Source of the DNA: Octopus bimaculoides | Taxonomy: Eukaryota | Direction: 5' to 3' | Assembly: GCF_001194135.2 (NCBI RefSeq) | Contig: NC_068982.1 | Coordinates: 30,298,602-30,362,601, forward strand | DNA length: 64,000 nt | Shown: positions 1-12,663 of the stretch, in pieces | Layout of the letters: each line of letters opens with the position of its first letter | Numbering within the stretch: position 1 is the first letter of the stretch | Position numbers and translations under genes: made by a program | Notes under the pieces: generated by a model | What the model saw: the letters and a program-made list of their open reading frames with translations, nothing else | Told to the model about the DNA's origin: nothing | Database searches by the model: none

Positions 1-1246
1 TACTTATAAGGTCCTTACGAACAGAAGTTCAGAAAAGACAAATGTTTGCCCACTGACAGTCTTACACCATCCATTCGTATGATAAGGATATTAATTTAGA
101 TATGAAGAAGGTATTACCAGTTGCCTTAGGCAGGGAAATTTTGAAAAGGTCAAGTGGCTCGGTGATGTGCAGAAGAGTAGAAGCTTTTAATTAAATATAG
201 ATGCTACAAAGAGAAGTAGTATAATTAGCTATTAACTAAGCATTATGCAATCTATCCAAGTGAAAATCTACATTCTTTACTTTCTTCTGTTGATGTGAAT
301 TTGTCACAATATCTTTTTGTTATCTCTTATGTTTTATCTGATTCAGTAATTGGATAGCAGCCATGGTGGGTCACTGCCTCGAAAGGTTTAACTGGAAAAT
401 TAATTGTAGTACTTATATTTAAATCTGATACTTAATACTGTTGCATAAAATCAACAGTTATTATGCAATGATGGAGAAGGAACACACACACACACACATC
501 TTAAATTAAACTTTCCCCGTTGTGTTGTGCACTGGACTCAGAACTATGTAACTGCAAACCAAGCTTCTTAACCACTGATGAGAGAGGGACACACACACGA
601 ATATAAAATGGGCTTCCCACAGTTTCCGCCTACCGAATTTATTCACAAGGCATTCATTGGCCCAGGTCTAAAGTTGAAAATACTTTCCCCATTGTGTTGT
701 ATGCTGGGACTGAACTGAAAACCATGTAATTGCAAGCCAAACTTCTGAACATCAGCCATCAGTTTATCTATCATTGGGGTATTAGTCATTCAAGCACTTC
801 TGGCCAAACATGCTACATGGAATGAGATAAACGTAAGTTTACCTCAAAAATGACAAACAGAAACAGCTGTAAATGTTATCTTAACCATAATTAAACTATG
901 ATCATTCAATACTAATGATCAACTTCTAATTGTTACATGTTGCTCCATTTCTTCTCTTCCCTTATATATATNNNNNNNNNNNNNNNNNNNNNNNNNNNNN
1001 NAAACAATTATAAATAAGGGTAAAAGAAAGACATTTTCTATGCCAATATTTTTCACTATAGTGAAAAATATTGTATGTGGTTAGATGATCTAAAGTCTAT
1101 TTTTCAGCATATCGGCATAATTTTGTTTTTCTTTTGCCCTTATTTATGATTGTTTATAATTTTCACCTTAAAAGGTATTTTAATATGCTGGCCATTGATA
1201 AATTTTTTTTTTACAAATTTTTTATCCTTATATTAGAAGTATATAT

Positions 1247-2010
1247 ATAGGTGCAGACGTGACTGTGTGGTAAGTAGCTTACTTCCTGACCACATGGTTC
1301 CAGACTCAGTCCCACTGCATGGTACCTTGGACAAGTGTCTTCTAGTATAGCCTTGGGCTGACCAAAACCTTGTGAGTGAATTTGGTAGACGGGAACTGAA
1401 AGAAGCCTGTCGTATACATACATACACATATATACATGTGTGTGTGTGTATATATACATGTGTGTGTGAAGGCGCATGGCTCAGTGGTTATAGCATCGAG
1501 CTTACGATCGTGTGGTTGTGAGTTCGAATCCCGGACCGGACTGTGTGTTGTGTTCTTGAGCAAGACACTTTATTTCACGTTGCTCCAGTTCACTCAGCTG
1601 TAGAAATGAGTTGCGACGTCACAGGTGCCAAGCTGTATCGGCCTTTGCCTTTCCTTTGGATAACACTGGTGGCGTGGAGAGGGGAGGCCGGTATGCATAG
1701 GCGACTGCTGGTCTTCCATAAACAAGCTTGCCCTAACTTGTGCCTGAGAGGTAACTTTCTAGGTGCAATCCCATGGTCAGTCATGAATGAAGGGGGTCTC
1801 AGCATGTATGTCTGTGTTTGTCCCTCCACCATCGCTTGACAACCAGTGTTGGTGTGTTTATGCCCTGTAACTTAGCGGTTCGGCAAGAGAGGCCAATAGA
1901 ATAAGCACTAGGCTTACAAAGAATAAGTCCTGGGTCGATTTGTTTGACTAAAGGCAGTACTCCAACATGGCCGCAGTCAAATGACTAAAACAAGTAAAAG
2001 AATAAAAAAA
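1247..2010 (+). mobile_element. SINE-B (tRNA head + CORE-like domain + internal TA/CA microsatellite + AAAAGAGT-type tail), interrupted by SINE-A
   Basis: Head TAGGTGCAGACGTGACTGTGTGGTAAG with A/B-box-like motifs, GGTACCTTGGACAAGTGTC (CORE-like), 3' half TGTCCCTCCACCATCGCTTGACAACC...CAGTCAAATGACTAAAACAAGTAAAAG. About 20 homologous copies in the window. Confidence 0.9.
1466..1800 (+). mobile_element. SINE-A (tRNA-derived) nested in the microsatellite of SINE-B
   Basis: GGCGCATGGCTCAGTGG (A box)...GAGTTCGAATCCC (B box), then GTGTTCTTGAGCAAGACACTTTATTTCAC domain. Homologous copy at 24700-25035. Confidence 0.88.
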
Positions 2011-2682
2011 TGTGTGTGTCTGTGTGTGCGTGTGTGGCAAGTTTCCTTGCAGTTTCTCACCACAAAATTCCACACTGAAAGTTGTTACAGTAGAATACGT
2101 TTGCTTGAAGTGTGATTGGACTGAATTCAAATCCACGTTTTTGCAAACCAAAATTTATTCACCACAGATATTTTTCAAGCGCTCAGTGATATTTGTATGT
2201 TGTGTGCTGGTATTCTAATATTCTATGATGATATTTTGTTTCCTGATATACATTTCTGACCACCCCGCTTCTTCTACAAGATGTGTGGTGCTGAGTTTTA
2301 ATGGTATATATTGTTTATTTTAAAAGTTTTCCGAACATGTCTGTTCATAATGATTTTTTGAATCCACTGTTATTAATTTTCATTTCACTCAAGAACTGTT
2401 AATATGCTTCGAAATAGAAATAATATTATTTTCTATTAAATACTTTTGTTTACATTTTGTCATCCCCCCCCCCCCACCACCACACTTGTTTTTTCATTTT
2501 TTTTCTTTTCTTTTTTTTATTTCATTATCACTATTAAACAAATTTTTTTTTCTTTATATCTGCTGCATTTACACATCATAAGCCAGATGTCATCCAGACA
2601 CTGGAGGTAGATAACGGATGTCATGTTCGTAATACATTTGATGATTATATGTTATTATCATCATCATCATCATCATTATTAT

Positions 2683-2904
2683 TCAGTAGTTTTATTTTTA
2701 TAGCATGCATTCACTTCACTACTGAGCGCAGCTCTGTGTGCCTTGGGTATGTGCTGTGGTTTGCTGTGATGCTCTTATGGTTACTGTATTGAAAGTGTTT
2801 TGCGTAAGATGGGTGCAGTGCCCAGTAGTGCAATTTTCTGTATGTTATAGATATATTTGTAAGTCCTGGTGTTTTTGTTATGTATTCGTCTGAATATTTT
2901 TTTA
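2683..2904 (-). mobile_element. 5'-truncated R4/Dong-like non-LTR retrotransposon (C-terminus + 3' UTR)
   Basis: Minus strand translates ...YIYNIQKIALLGTAPILRKTLSIQ*, matching the conserved QKxALLGTAxILRK C-terminal motif of R4/Dong-type elements. Flanked on both sides by (TCA)n/(TTA)n. Confidence 0.8.
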
Positions 2905-2915
2905 TCATCATCATC

Positions 2916-2917
<2 letters not shown>

Positions 2918-2948
<31 letters not shown>

Positions 2949-3420
2949 GAGTGAGAGAGCAGTGCATGCCATCAAAGTAACACTGGGGTAAAATATATGA
3001 AGCCCAATATACCAATCATGGTTACCCGTCTGATAAGAGTACACCAGGCACGTGCATCACAACCATATGTGCGCGTCATGGTGATCTCACATCAAGATAA
3101 ACAGCGCATGAGCTCGCAGATGGGGCCCAGCTAGAATTTTCTTCAAGTCGGGTGAATTATTCAAACCCCAAAGAATTCCTCTCAACACATTGCTATGATG
3201 CTCCCCCACTACTTCTGCTCGTGATCAGAGATGCACATATTGTCTGCAACCAAGGGGACATGCTCAACTAGTTAAGTTTAGGCAACCGACAAGCAAATCT
3301 GTGGTATTGAGCAAAATATTTGCTGTAGCTCATCTTTCATACTAAGACATTACATGTACTTGATAACACTTCCAATCAGTTTAGATCAAATGCCATGACA
3401 GCCACTGCCTTGTACTGCAT
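2918..3420 (-). mobile_element. SINE-D (long SINE-like element with (AAT)n tail)
   Basis: GC-richer, CpG-containing ~470 bp unit ending in (AAT)n on the minus strand. The internal motif GATCACGAGCAGAAGTAGTGGGGGAGCATCATAGC resembles cephalopod SINE central domains (recalled, not searched). Confidence 0.6.
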
Positions 3421-3461
3421 CATCATCATCATTATTATTACTATCACTATTATTATTATTG

Positions 3462-3660
3462 AGGCGGTGAGCTGGCAGAATCATTAGCCTGGTGGCATTT
3501 TGTCCGTCTTTATGTTCTGAGTTCAAACGCTGTCACAGTTGACTTTGCTGTTCATCCTTTTGCTGCTGATAAAATATGTACCCATTAAGCACTTGGGTCC
3601 AATGTAACTGACTTGCTCCCTTCACTGAATTTGCTAGTTTGTGCCAAAATTTGAAATCAT
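3462..3660 (+). mobile_element. SINE-C (short tRNA-derived SINE)
   Basis: GAGGCGGTGAGCTGGCAGAATC...GAGTTCAAA...GACTTTGCTGTTCATCCTTT. About 10 related copies in the window. Confidence 0.85.
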
Positions 3661-6099
3661 CAACATCATCATTTCTTAAAGTTTTTCAGTTTAAACATCG
3701 TGAACGAGGAACATTTCTATTGAAAACGTTTTTACTGAACCATTTTCTCCTATAAATAACTAAGAACATGCAGATGATAAACTATTTAAGTAGCACACTT
3801 TCAACATACTGCGAAATAAAAAATGATTTAAAGTGGATTAGGTGTGAAAACTCTTGCAGACCTGACGTTGCCTCATCTTTTATTCTGACTCCCATCCTCT
3901 CATTGTTTCTTTTGCATCACCCCCATACATACTTCCATCAGTGTATTGCAGTCATAGCTTGAACTACAAATTAGAGAATTGACATCTTGGGTTGCTTTTT
4001 TTTTCCCTTTCTCTCTTCGATCTAATGTCTATAGTGCCTTTTCTTTACATAACATATATTTATTTTTTCTGACTCGGTACTAACTCAATAACCTGTTTTT
4101 TTTTTATTAAATGAGAACTACCTATTGTCATTTGAGCTGACTTCATTATATTTTTAATTGGTTATTTGGTAACACAAAGAGATAAAAGTAAACTTGATTG
4201 CCATTAGATAAAAAAAACTAGCATTAGTCGAAGGTATATAAGTAAATATTATTCTTTTTTTCTTTTGTATAAACCTTATATGTACATCCATCAACATAAA
4301 ATAGTTGTGGCTTGAATTGGAAATAGAAAAAATAAAGATCTTGAGTTTCATTTTTTCCTTCTGTTAGCTAATAGCTTTAACTCTCTTCTATTTTTTTTTT
4401 TTTTTAAAGCCAAGCAGTTACTCAATTATATACTTTTTATATAAGTGAGAATTATATTCAATTGAATTAATTCTCTTATTAATTAGGTTATTATGAAACT
4501 CAAACGGATAAATAGTAAACTTCACCATCATAAGATTTTAAAAAATCTATCCAGCATCAACATTAGTCTAAAGTATGTGACTAAATATTATTGCTTTACG
4601 ATATCTAACAACTTGATGTATCATAAACAATGTTTGTACTGATATTCTATGCTGCATATTATCCATCCATAGTTACACACACACATGCACGCATGCACGT
4701 GCACGCACACACACACACACTCACACACACAGACACACACACACTTCTGTATTGAGTCCTGTAGTCTGTTACTTTTGTTGAATCAACAGAGGGCTATATA
4801 ATATTATCTGCGCTAGTTCATTGAGCATGCTCACAACCACTTAGTAACAGTGTTTTCTTTCTTTACATACATTATGAATTAACTCTTGGAAATTTTTGTA
4901 TTTACTTCATGAGGAGCCAAAGGCATAACAGAATATATATTTTTTGGACTAATGATTATCGATTAAGTAATTTATATATATATATATGGTGCTCCAGCAT
5001 GGCTGCAGTCAGATGGCTGAAACAAATAAAAAGAATATATCTATATTTGTGTGTGTGTGATGTAGATAGGGTTCTTATGATTATTTTTTTCTCTGTATGA
5101 AGAATTTCTAATAGATGTCTTACATGTTTCTTCTATGTCCACAATTTTGTAACTCCTGTTAGCAAATGAAACACGTGTAAGAAAATATTTTTTCCAGTCC
5201 GCTGTTTTTATGTACGTATACATATGTATGCACACATCTATGTATAGTTTCTTTTAGTTTATATATAAAAATATTATTATCTTAAAGAAACCGTGTCACT
5301 ATAATATTGGCAACTTTCAGTTTAAGTGAGCTATTTTATTGGTATCTTGTTTTCTACAAGTTTCTTTTATATGTGTGTTTCTGTCACATTCATTATTTCT
5401 TATCTAAAAGCATTTTACTGTTCTGTTATGTCTTTTAATGAAAGGAAATAAAATTTAGTTCTCAAATCCCTGTTGAACGAATGCGTTCTCTTACAGGTTC
5501 CTGTTTCTTAATATTAATTGAAAGAATCAACGATAAAAATTATGTTCTTTAAATATGTAACATATGTGTACTGTTTATAGCACACTTGTGGAAATGCAGA
5601 GAAATGTTTGCATGTCTAAATAGATGTGTTTATATGTATATATACATGCAGAGCATTTATTTTGACAGTTGTAATTTAAATGATAAGTTATTCTGTAAGT
5701 TTGTTTCATTTGTTTTAATTATATTTTCATGTTTTAAATCTGTTTTACAGCTTATTAGTTAGCAATGAATATAGTTTATGTGCTTCAATTAAAATATATC
5801 TTTACATTTCCAGATTCATTATTTCATATGTTATTGTTACTTTCCGTTTTATATATTTGAAATGTGTTTCCACACTGCATTCAATGACTTCAGCTGGATA
5901 TGTTTACTTTCATAGCTTGGTTGGATATTTTAAGGTTTTTAAGCTCTATAGGTCTTGCAGTGGCAATGTCCATTCTCATGACATTTCTTTGTTTACTGTA
6001 TTTTACTGTTTAAAATCTATGCTTAGTAGCTGTATGTGTGTGATGATTGGTGTTTGTGATTTGATGTTTGTACTTGGATTTTGGATCAGTAAGTAGCAA

Positions 6100-6850
6100 T
6101 AGAAAATAATGGACATAACACACTAATGTTCAGTCTCTGCTTCTTATCTATTAATTACCAGGCAGTGTTTGTTTTTAATGCTCTTGACTCCACCTGATTG
6201 TGTGTTATTGTCCTGGTGTTAAAATTATGATGTTATCAGTTTGGCAGCTGAAGATGAGATTTATGTGTTTGATGTACTTGTTTAATTGTGTGTCTTTTTG
6301 ATTGTGGGCCTTTTACATCATGTGTCCTTGTGGTATCTTAGTTGTCCTTCTTTGAGATTATAGTCCTTATAGTGTTGGAGTTAAACTTATTTAGGGAGTT
6401 TTTGGTTTCTCAGTTTATGGTGTAAGGGTTGTACACATTATACTCTACAACAATATTGTGTGACTTTTCTTTCCTCGGGATTCTAATGCTGGTAAGAGTT
6501 ATATCTTTTTAGGGATTTATAGTTTATAGAGGGTTTGTTGCATGGGCAGACCCACCCATTCATGCACACAAGCAGATGTATTCATAGATAGATAAGGTCC
6601 TGTTAATATGGGCTATCTCTAGAATTAACACAAGTCTTGCTAAAGTAAGGGATGGAAACTTGATTGAGGTTTCTGCACTGACTTTTGTGATGAATGACCT
6701 GCTAACAATATCTTCATGGGTTTGTAACATTAGTTTTTCCATCTCACTGCATAGTTTGTGTAATAGTTGAAGAAAGAAACAGTATGCCTTCATAGGGACT
6801 TGCATCACATCTGTGCTATACAAGTTTAATTTAATGAATGGCATGCTTCT
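6100..6850 (-). mobile_element. Probable ancient LINE-type ORF remnant
   Basis: Strong strand asymmetry (G/T-rich plus, A/C-rich minus) with fragmentary protein-like stretches (e.g. INLIF/AAKLIT). No clean motif. Confidence 0.3.
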
Positions 6851-7254
6851 AGTTTGTTGTTCACTATATCTTGTCTAATGCTACTCAAGTTGTGTATGTA
6901 TGTCTGTATTATGTTTGGAGAGAGAGTGGGGTACTGAGATAGATAAACACAATTAGCCATGATGCGTGTATTTACATGAAGCACAAAAAATACAGAATAG
7001 CAATAAAAGTAAAGAATATATATATATATTTTTCATTTTGTTTCTTTGTTTTATGTGCTCCATTCTTGTACATGCATAACAGCTTGCTTTGGATTTCTCT
7101 CATAGTCACAGTTGATGCCGCAGGCCTTGCCCTGGATGAACTTAGAATTTGTGTTGAAATTTATTTGAGCATTATTCTGTCTTTCCTAAACTGAGCTTAT
7201 TTACTTCTCACCAGTTGACTCTGTGTGTGTGTGGGGGGGGGGGGGATATATGAT

Positions 7255-7445
7255 TGATTTTGTGCTATTATTGTATGCCACATTAAAAGTACCCAACACA
7301 CACTGTAAAGTGGTTGGCATTAAGAAGGGTATCCAGCCATAGAAATGAACCAAATCATACTGGAACTTGATGCAGCTCTCTGGCTTGCCAACCCTGATTA
7401 AAACGTCCAACCCATGCCAGCATGGAAAACGGACATTAAAAGACT
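7255..7445 (+). mobile_element. RTE-type 3' tail module
   Basis: GTGGTTGGCATTAAGAAGGGTATCCAGCC...CCAACCCATGCCAGCATGGAAAACGGACATTAAA. Confidence 0.8.
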
Positions 7446-8529
7446 AGGAGGAGGAGTAGGATATTTTGAAGGACGTTTAAGAAATGACAACAGAACTTTA
7501 ATGATATCAGGGTCACAATACTAAATGTATGTCAAATATATTATAATATTAGTTTTGATCAGGATTTCAAAAGTCATCAAATGGCTTATTCAACTAGTTA
7601 CCTGCATACACACACATGTGAGGTGGGCCGACAAAGTGTGGTAGAGAACATGCATTTTAAAATATCCAGTTTAGTACTGCCTCTTTGCCAGGGCAGTTTG
7701 CTTTTCACTGCATGTTGGGAAAAAATAATCAAGAATATTGAGAGCTAACTTTCTATGAACCTTGTATCAGGAATATAACTTAAATGTTTTGTACAAACGG
7801 TTATGATGGACGGTTCTAATTTAAATGTGAACACTTCAAATGAAAGAATTTGTTTTGTAGCACCAGAAGTGGTCTGAGGCAGATTTTTATCAAGAAAGGT
7901 TCAAACCTAATTTTTGTTTGGTATTCCTTTCTCAAGTTTACTTTGCTTGTGGTTATTCAGAAATTAATTATATAACTATTATTAAATTAATTACTTCAGT
8001 TTCATTTAATCAATCATATTTCTGTCTTCTCACTAAAAATCTGAGTAGTTGCCAGGTCAAAGGAATTCATAATTTTCTTTTAATTTTTCTGCCTTATCTT
8101 TAATGCATGCCATATGTTAATAATAATCTCAAGTAATGTCGTCCTGATTCTCATCCAGAACTATTTTATGCTATTGATCATATGTGATAATTATCTATTG
8201 GAAAGATATCAATATCTATATTTCAGTTTCTTAAATGTTTATATTTCTTTATATTGTTCAATTTTTCTCTTATCCATCAACATTTCTCTTTTCTAATTAT
8301 TCCTCAAACTTGTTGCATAGTAGTTAGATATCGTCTGTGAGACTCTGCCAGAAAATTCAAAACTTTGCTCAAAATCCCATGTTAATTTATGTTCCAAGTA
8401 TCAAGATAATTCAATATTTGGTATCCTAAATTACTCATTATTTTCAGAGTGCAATGAAAACAGTTAGTGTATTTCAATAGAAATACGGTAATGAATGAAT
8501 GAGGAATAAAATATAACCTTTAGAATAAA

Positions 8530-9444
8530 CTAGCAGAAATACCCGGCTCTGCCCGGGTTAAAGAGAATAATGAAATCTAAAAACGCCGTCTAGACTACGC
8601 AACCCTCAACTGTTAGTAGCTATGATACCATATTTCTACATTAATAACTCTCCAATCCATGCCAGCATGGAAAATAGACATTAAGTGGAATGCCAGTCTC
8701 TCATCTGGGAAGGTCTTGAAATCAATGTTACCAACTGGGGACTATGTGTGTCGCAGTGATAATAAAAAGACTCAAAGGAGGTCTGCAACGAAATAATTTT
8801 ACTCAACACTTTGCAAGTGAATCAGTGGAGGCAAAGATGCGTCTCATTTACTTGACAATTTATGCACCACATTGCAGAAATCACAATGTAAGTATATCTG
8901 ANNNNNNNNNNNNNNNNNNNNNNNNNNNNNNNNNNNNNNNNNNNNNNNNNNNNNNNNNNNNNNNNNNNNNNNNNNNNNNNNNNNNNNNNNNNNNNNNNNN
9001 NNNNNNNNNNNNNNNNNNNNNNNNNNNNNNNNNNNNNNNNNNNNNNNNNNNNNNNNNNNNNNNNNNNNNNNNNNNNNNNNNNNNNNNNNNNNNNNNNNNN
9101 NNNNNNNNNNNNNNNNNNNNNNNNNNNNNNNNNNNNNNNNNNNNNNNNNNNNNNNNNNNNNNNNNNNNNNNNNNNNNNNNNNNNNNNNNNNNNNNNNNNN
9201 NNNNNNNNNNNNNNNNNNNNNNNNNNNNNNNNNNNNNNNNNNNNNNNNNNNNNNNNNNNNNNNNNNNNNNNNNNNNNNNNNNNNNNNNNNNNNNNNNNNN
9301 NNNNNNNNNNNNNNNNNNNNNNNNNNNNNNNNNNNNNNNNNNNNCACATATGTATACATATACATGTATGCATATAGATCTATATCTATATATATATATC
9401 TTTACATATACGTGTACATATACATCTATATGTATACATATACA

Positions 9445-9523
<79 letters not shown>

Positions 9524-9839
9524 GAAAGTATCTGTCATTACAGTATCGAAATGTGATTGTTTCAGTGAGTGGAATAGTTTCATTTTTAAAGTGAAAGTAT
9601 TTGACATGAGTGTTTTTGTTTCACTTTTGACATGTGATACTTAAATAGTGGAGGAGATATTATGTTGCCGTGGGCTCGAACTCTGCAAGAAGTTAAAAAT
9701 TTTTCTTTACTAAAACACAACTAGAACCCTAAGTAAGGCATCTGTAAAATTTGAATGAAATTGGTTGCGTAGTTCTCGAGTTTTAGGGATACACACACAC
9801 AGACAGACAGACACACATTCTCATTTTTATATATATAGA
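8530..9839 (-). mobile_element. Non-autonomous Helitron (contains gap 8902-9344)
   Basis: Minus strand reads A|TC at 9839 and CTAG|T at 8530, with a GC hairpin ACCCGG/CCGGGT (8541-8558) 11 nt from the CTAG end. Subterminal (CAGA)n and TTCTCGAGTT block near the 5' end. Linkage of the two ends crosses a gap. Confidence 0.75.
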
Positions 9840-11470
9840 TATCCAATAGTTTTGGGAATTAGCTTTAAGATGCTCTCAAGATAGCTCTGACAGTTCACAC
9901 CTATTTTATATATTTTATTTATTTATTTTTTCATACTGTACAATATGATTTGAGATCTTGGTTCATATGTCTAACATGGTGAGTATCCATGTAGATTCTT
10001 CCTCATTGGCCAGTACATATTTTAACATAGTATTGATACTCCTTTCTAGTATAAGTACAAGGCTTGAACTGTTAGGAGAAAGAGCTAGTCAATTACATTG
10101 AGTGGTATTTATATCATCAGTCCCAAAAGGATGAAAAGTAAAGACAACCTTGCTACAATTTGAATTCAGGATTTAAAGCTAGAAGAACATAAAGCCTCTA
10201 AACATTTTGTCTGGCATACTAATGATTCTGCCAGCTTGCTGGCTTACAGAGTGTTAATAATAATACCTACAAAGTTCTTGCTCTCTCTTTCACCCTTCCT
10301 CCATTTTTTTTTTTTTTTTCCTTTGCTAGATGTTTATTGACTTGTCTTATTCTCTAAATTTTATTCCCTTATTCTTTTTCAATGAACTGATTTTGTCTTT
10401 GAGTGCAATAAGTAATTTGTCATATGTATTTTGATACCCTGCTGGTCTGTGTTCAAATTCACTGTAGAAAGAGACTTAGCTTGTCTCATGGATGATAAAA
10501 TAAATTATCACTATTATTTAAAAATTGATTAGCTTACTATTGTCTGCTGCAAGTATTCCTCTGGAAAATTTATTCTCAACATTGGTCTGAATAGATCTTC
10601 ACTGTCAAAAATGTATGCATATGTTTTTTAGTGTGCACACATGTTCTTGTATGTGTATATTTATATATGTATACATCTATAAGTGTATACTTGTGTGTGT
10701 CTGTGTGTGCATATAAACAAAAGGTAAAACATCTCTAGAAATTCTTTTGCAAGTTAATAATGTCTTGTTGAGGAATTTTGTTTTGTGCTTTGTACATACA
10801 GTACTGTCTGAAGATATAAAGATGTTGGGAGTTCTCCATGATGATGAGCTATGCCATCAATTGGTAAATACTATAGGGCTCCAGTCTCTGGCCTTGTACA
10901 AGTGTTTAAATGCTGCCGAAATGGTCATACACACATCTCCACAAATAATATGTCTGTTGAAGATCAGAAATGAAATGAAACCCAGTGCCAATGTAAATGT
11001 TGGAATAAAAGTTTTCAGTATCTTAAGATGGGATTCTGTATTCGGAAAAATTATTATCTCAGTAATCCTATCTCAGACGTTTAGACATTTAATTAAATTT
11101 GATTTAATCTAATTATAGTTTTAACCAACTAAAAGGAATGAAATTTTCTCAACATTCTTACATTAGATAGTTATTTGGCTTTGTTCTGGTGTACTTCTAT
11201 GTTTTTAAATGCTTACAACTATAGTTAACAGTTTTAAGTGCTGATCAGTCTTCAAGAGTTGGTGACAGAATAAATTTTTTTTTTTATTAAGTTTCTGCAG
11301 TACTCCAAGAGAATTTTTGTTTTATATTTATTTTTGTACTTGTTGAGAATGGTCTGGAGGAAGGTGCACTGCCCATAACATTTGCAGTTTGATGCTGTTA
11401 ATGATACTAGCCTGTCTGAAACCACCCTTGATTTGTTAATACAGATTCCTTATTTGAAAGTGATCTAAAT

Positions 11471-11745
11471 TTTGAGTCAAATACTTATTATATTGGTCTC
11501 TATAACCAAACTACTAGGTTATGGGAATGTAAACAAACCAACACTGGTTGTCTGTTGGTGGCAGTGATGAGCAAACACACACACTCACACACAATGAACG
11601 TCTTTCGCTTTCCGTCTTCTAAATCCACTCAAGGCTATAGTGGAAGACATTTGTTGTAGGTACTACACAGTGAGACTGAACCCAGAACCATATAGTTGGG
11701 AATTAAATTTCTTAACACACAGCCAGAACTCTGCCAAGCCATGTC
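11471..11745 (-). mobile_element. Highly decayed SINE-B
   Basis: Degenerate match to the SINE-B 3' half and head (GAGACTGAACCCAGAACC...TTAACACACAGCC). Confidence 0.75.
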
Positions 11746-12373
11746 TGTGCCTTGTCAATTTATATTCTAAACACCAGATTAATTGTGACAGAATTGTTTT
11801 AATGAATTCTCCATTATTTTGAAAATAACTGAAACAGCAGCAGTGTATTTTAGCAGAAATATGGTGACAAACTGGTTAAAATTGCAGGTCAACAACTACA
11901 GAAAAGTCGTGAACAAGGACAGGATTTCTAGCAGTAAGGGCTAGGCTGAAGCCAAATAGTTCTGATTTTAAAAAATGGCTCTTATTGTTGCAATAAAAAA
12001 AGATAGGGAAGACACATGCATGTGATCAAAAGTCTGCAAGTGATTGGAAATCAATTTAATCTAGTGGCACATCTGGATGCGACCATGATGTCTGACAGTG
12101 TAGTAGCAGAAACCATTGCAGATGTAAAAAGAGTGACTCTTTTACTTGTTTCTGCTATTTGCCTATGGACGTGCTGGGGCATCTCCTTGAAGGGTTTTAG
12201 TCGAAAAAATTGACCCAGGATTTATTTCTTGAGCCTAGTACTGATTCTATCGGTATCTTTTGCCAAGCTGCTAAGTTATGGGGATGTAAACACACCAACA
12301 CCGGTTGTCATGTGGTGATGGGAAGGCAATCAGAGACACACGCACATATATATATATACAACAGACTTCTTTC

Positions 12374-12511
12374 ATCTTGTTTGTTGTTAACACGTTTCGG
12401 CTGATATACCCTCCAGCCTTCATCAGGTGTCTTAACAACAAGGATGAGGACAAATATCTGTCAAATGTAAATAATGTAAATAATGTACATCATTCCTCAT
12501 ATAGAACTGTA
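12374..12511. mobile_element. 138-bp hammerhead-bearing (Penelope-like terminal repeat) insertion with 5' inversion
   Basis: 11-bp TSD AGACTTCTTTC at 12363-12373 and 12512-12522. 12374-12431 is antisense and 12432-12511 is sense relative to the copy at 45822-45967. Ends ATATAGAACTGTA. Confidence 0.88.
12389..12431 (-). ncRNA. Minimal type I hammerhead ribozyme motif (cleavage junction damaged)
   Basis: GACAC-CTGATGA-A-GGCTG[GAGGGTATAT]CAGCC-GAAAC-GTGTT. Core boxes and helix II are intact, there is an extra A after CTGATGA, and 3 nt are missing at the GTT/GTGTT junction relative to the second copy. Confidence 0.7.
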
Positions 12512-12663
12512 AGACTTCTTTCTGTTTCCATCTGCCAAATCCATTCACAAGGCTTTGGTTGGCATAAGGCTATTGTAGAAGATACTTGCCCAAGTGCTAT
12601 GCAGTGGGACTGAACCAACAACCATGCGGTTGAGAAGCAAGCTTCTTACCACACAGCCGCACA

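Larger units (their letters stand above)
12137..12660 (-). mobile_element. SINE-B interrupted by hammerhead module
   Basis: Tail CTCTTTTACTTGTTTC at 12137, head ...CTTACCACACAGCC at 12660. Confidence 0.85.

Noticed and set aside
1466-1540. tRNA gene candidates (also 24705, 46345)
   Set aside because: No acceptor stem closure or terminator, and each continues into a SINE body.
2224-2260. C/D-box snoRNA-like ATGATGA...CTGA
   Set aside because: Too short and without a terminal stem.
10747-11112. 121-aa plus-strand ORF and minus-strand exon-like reading HIICGDVCMTISAAFKHLYK
   Set aside because: No recognisable domain, and readings on the two strands conflict. A few ORFs of this length are expected by chance in 64 kb.
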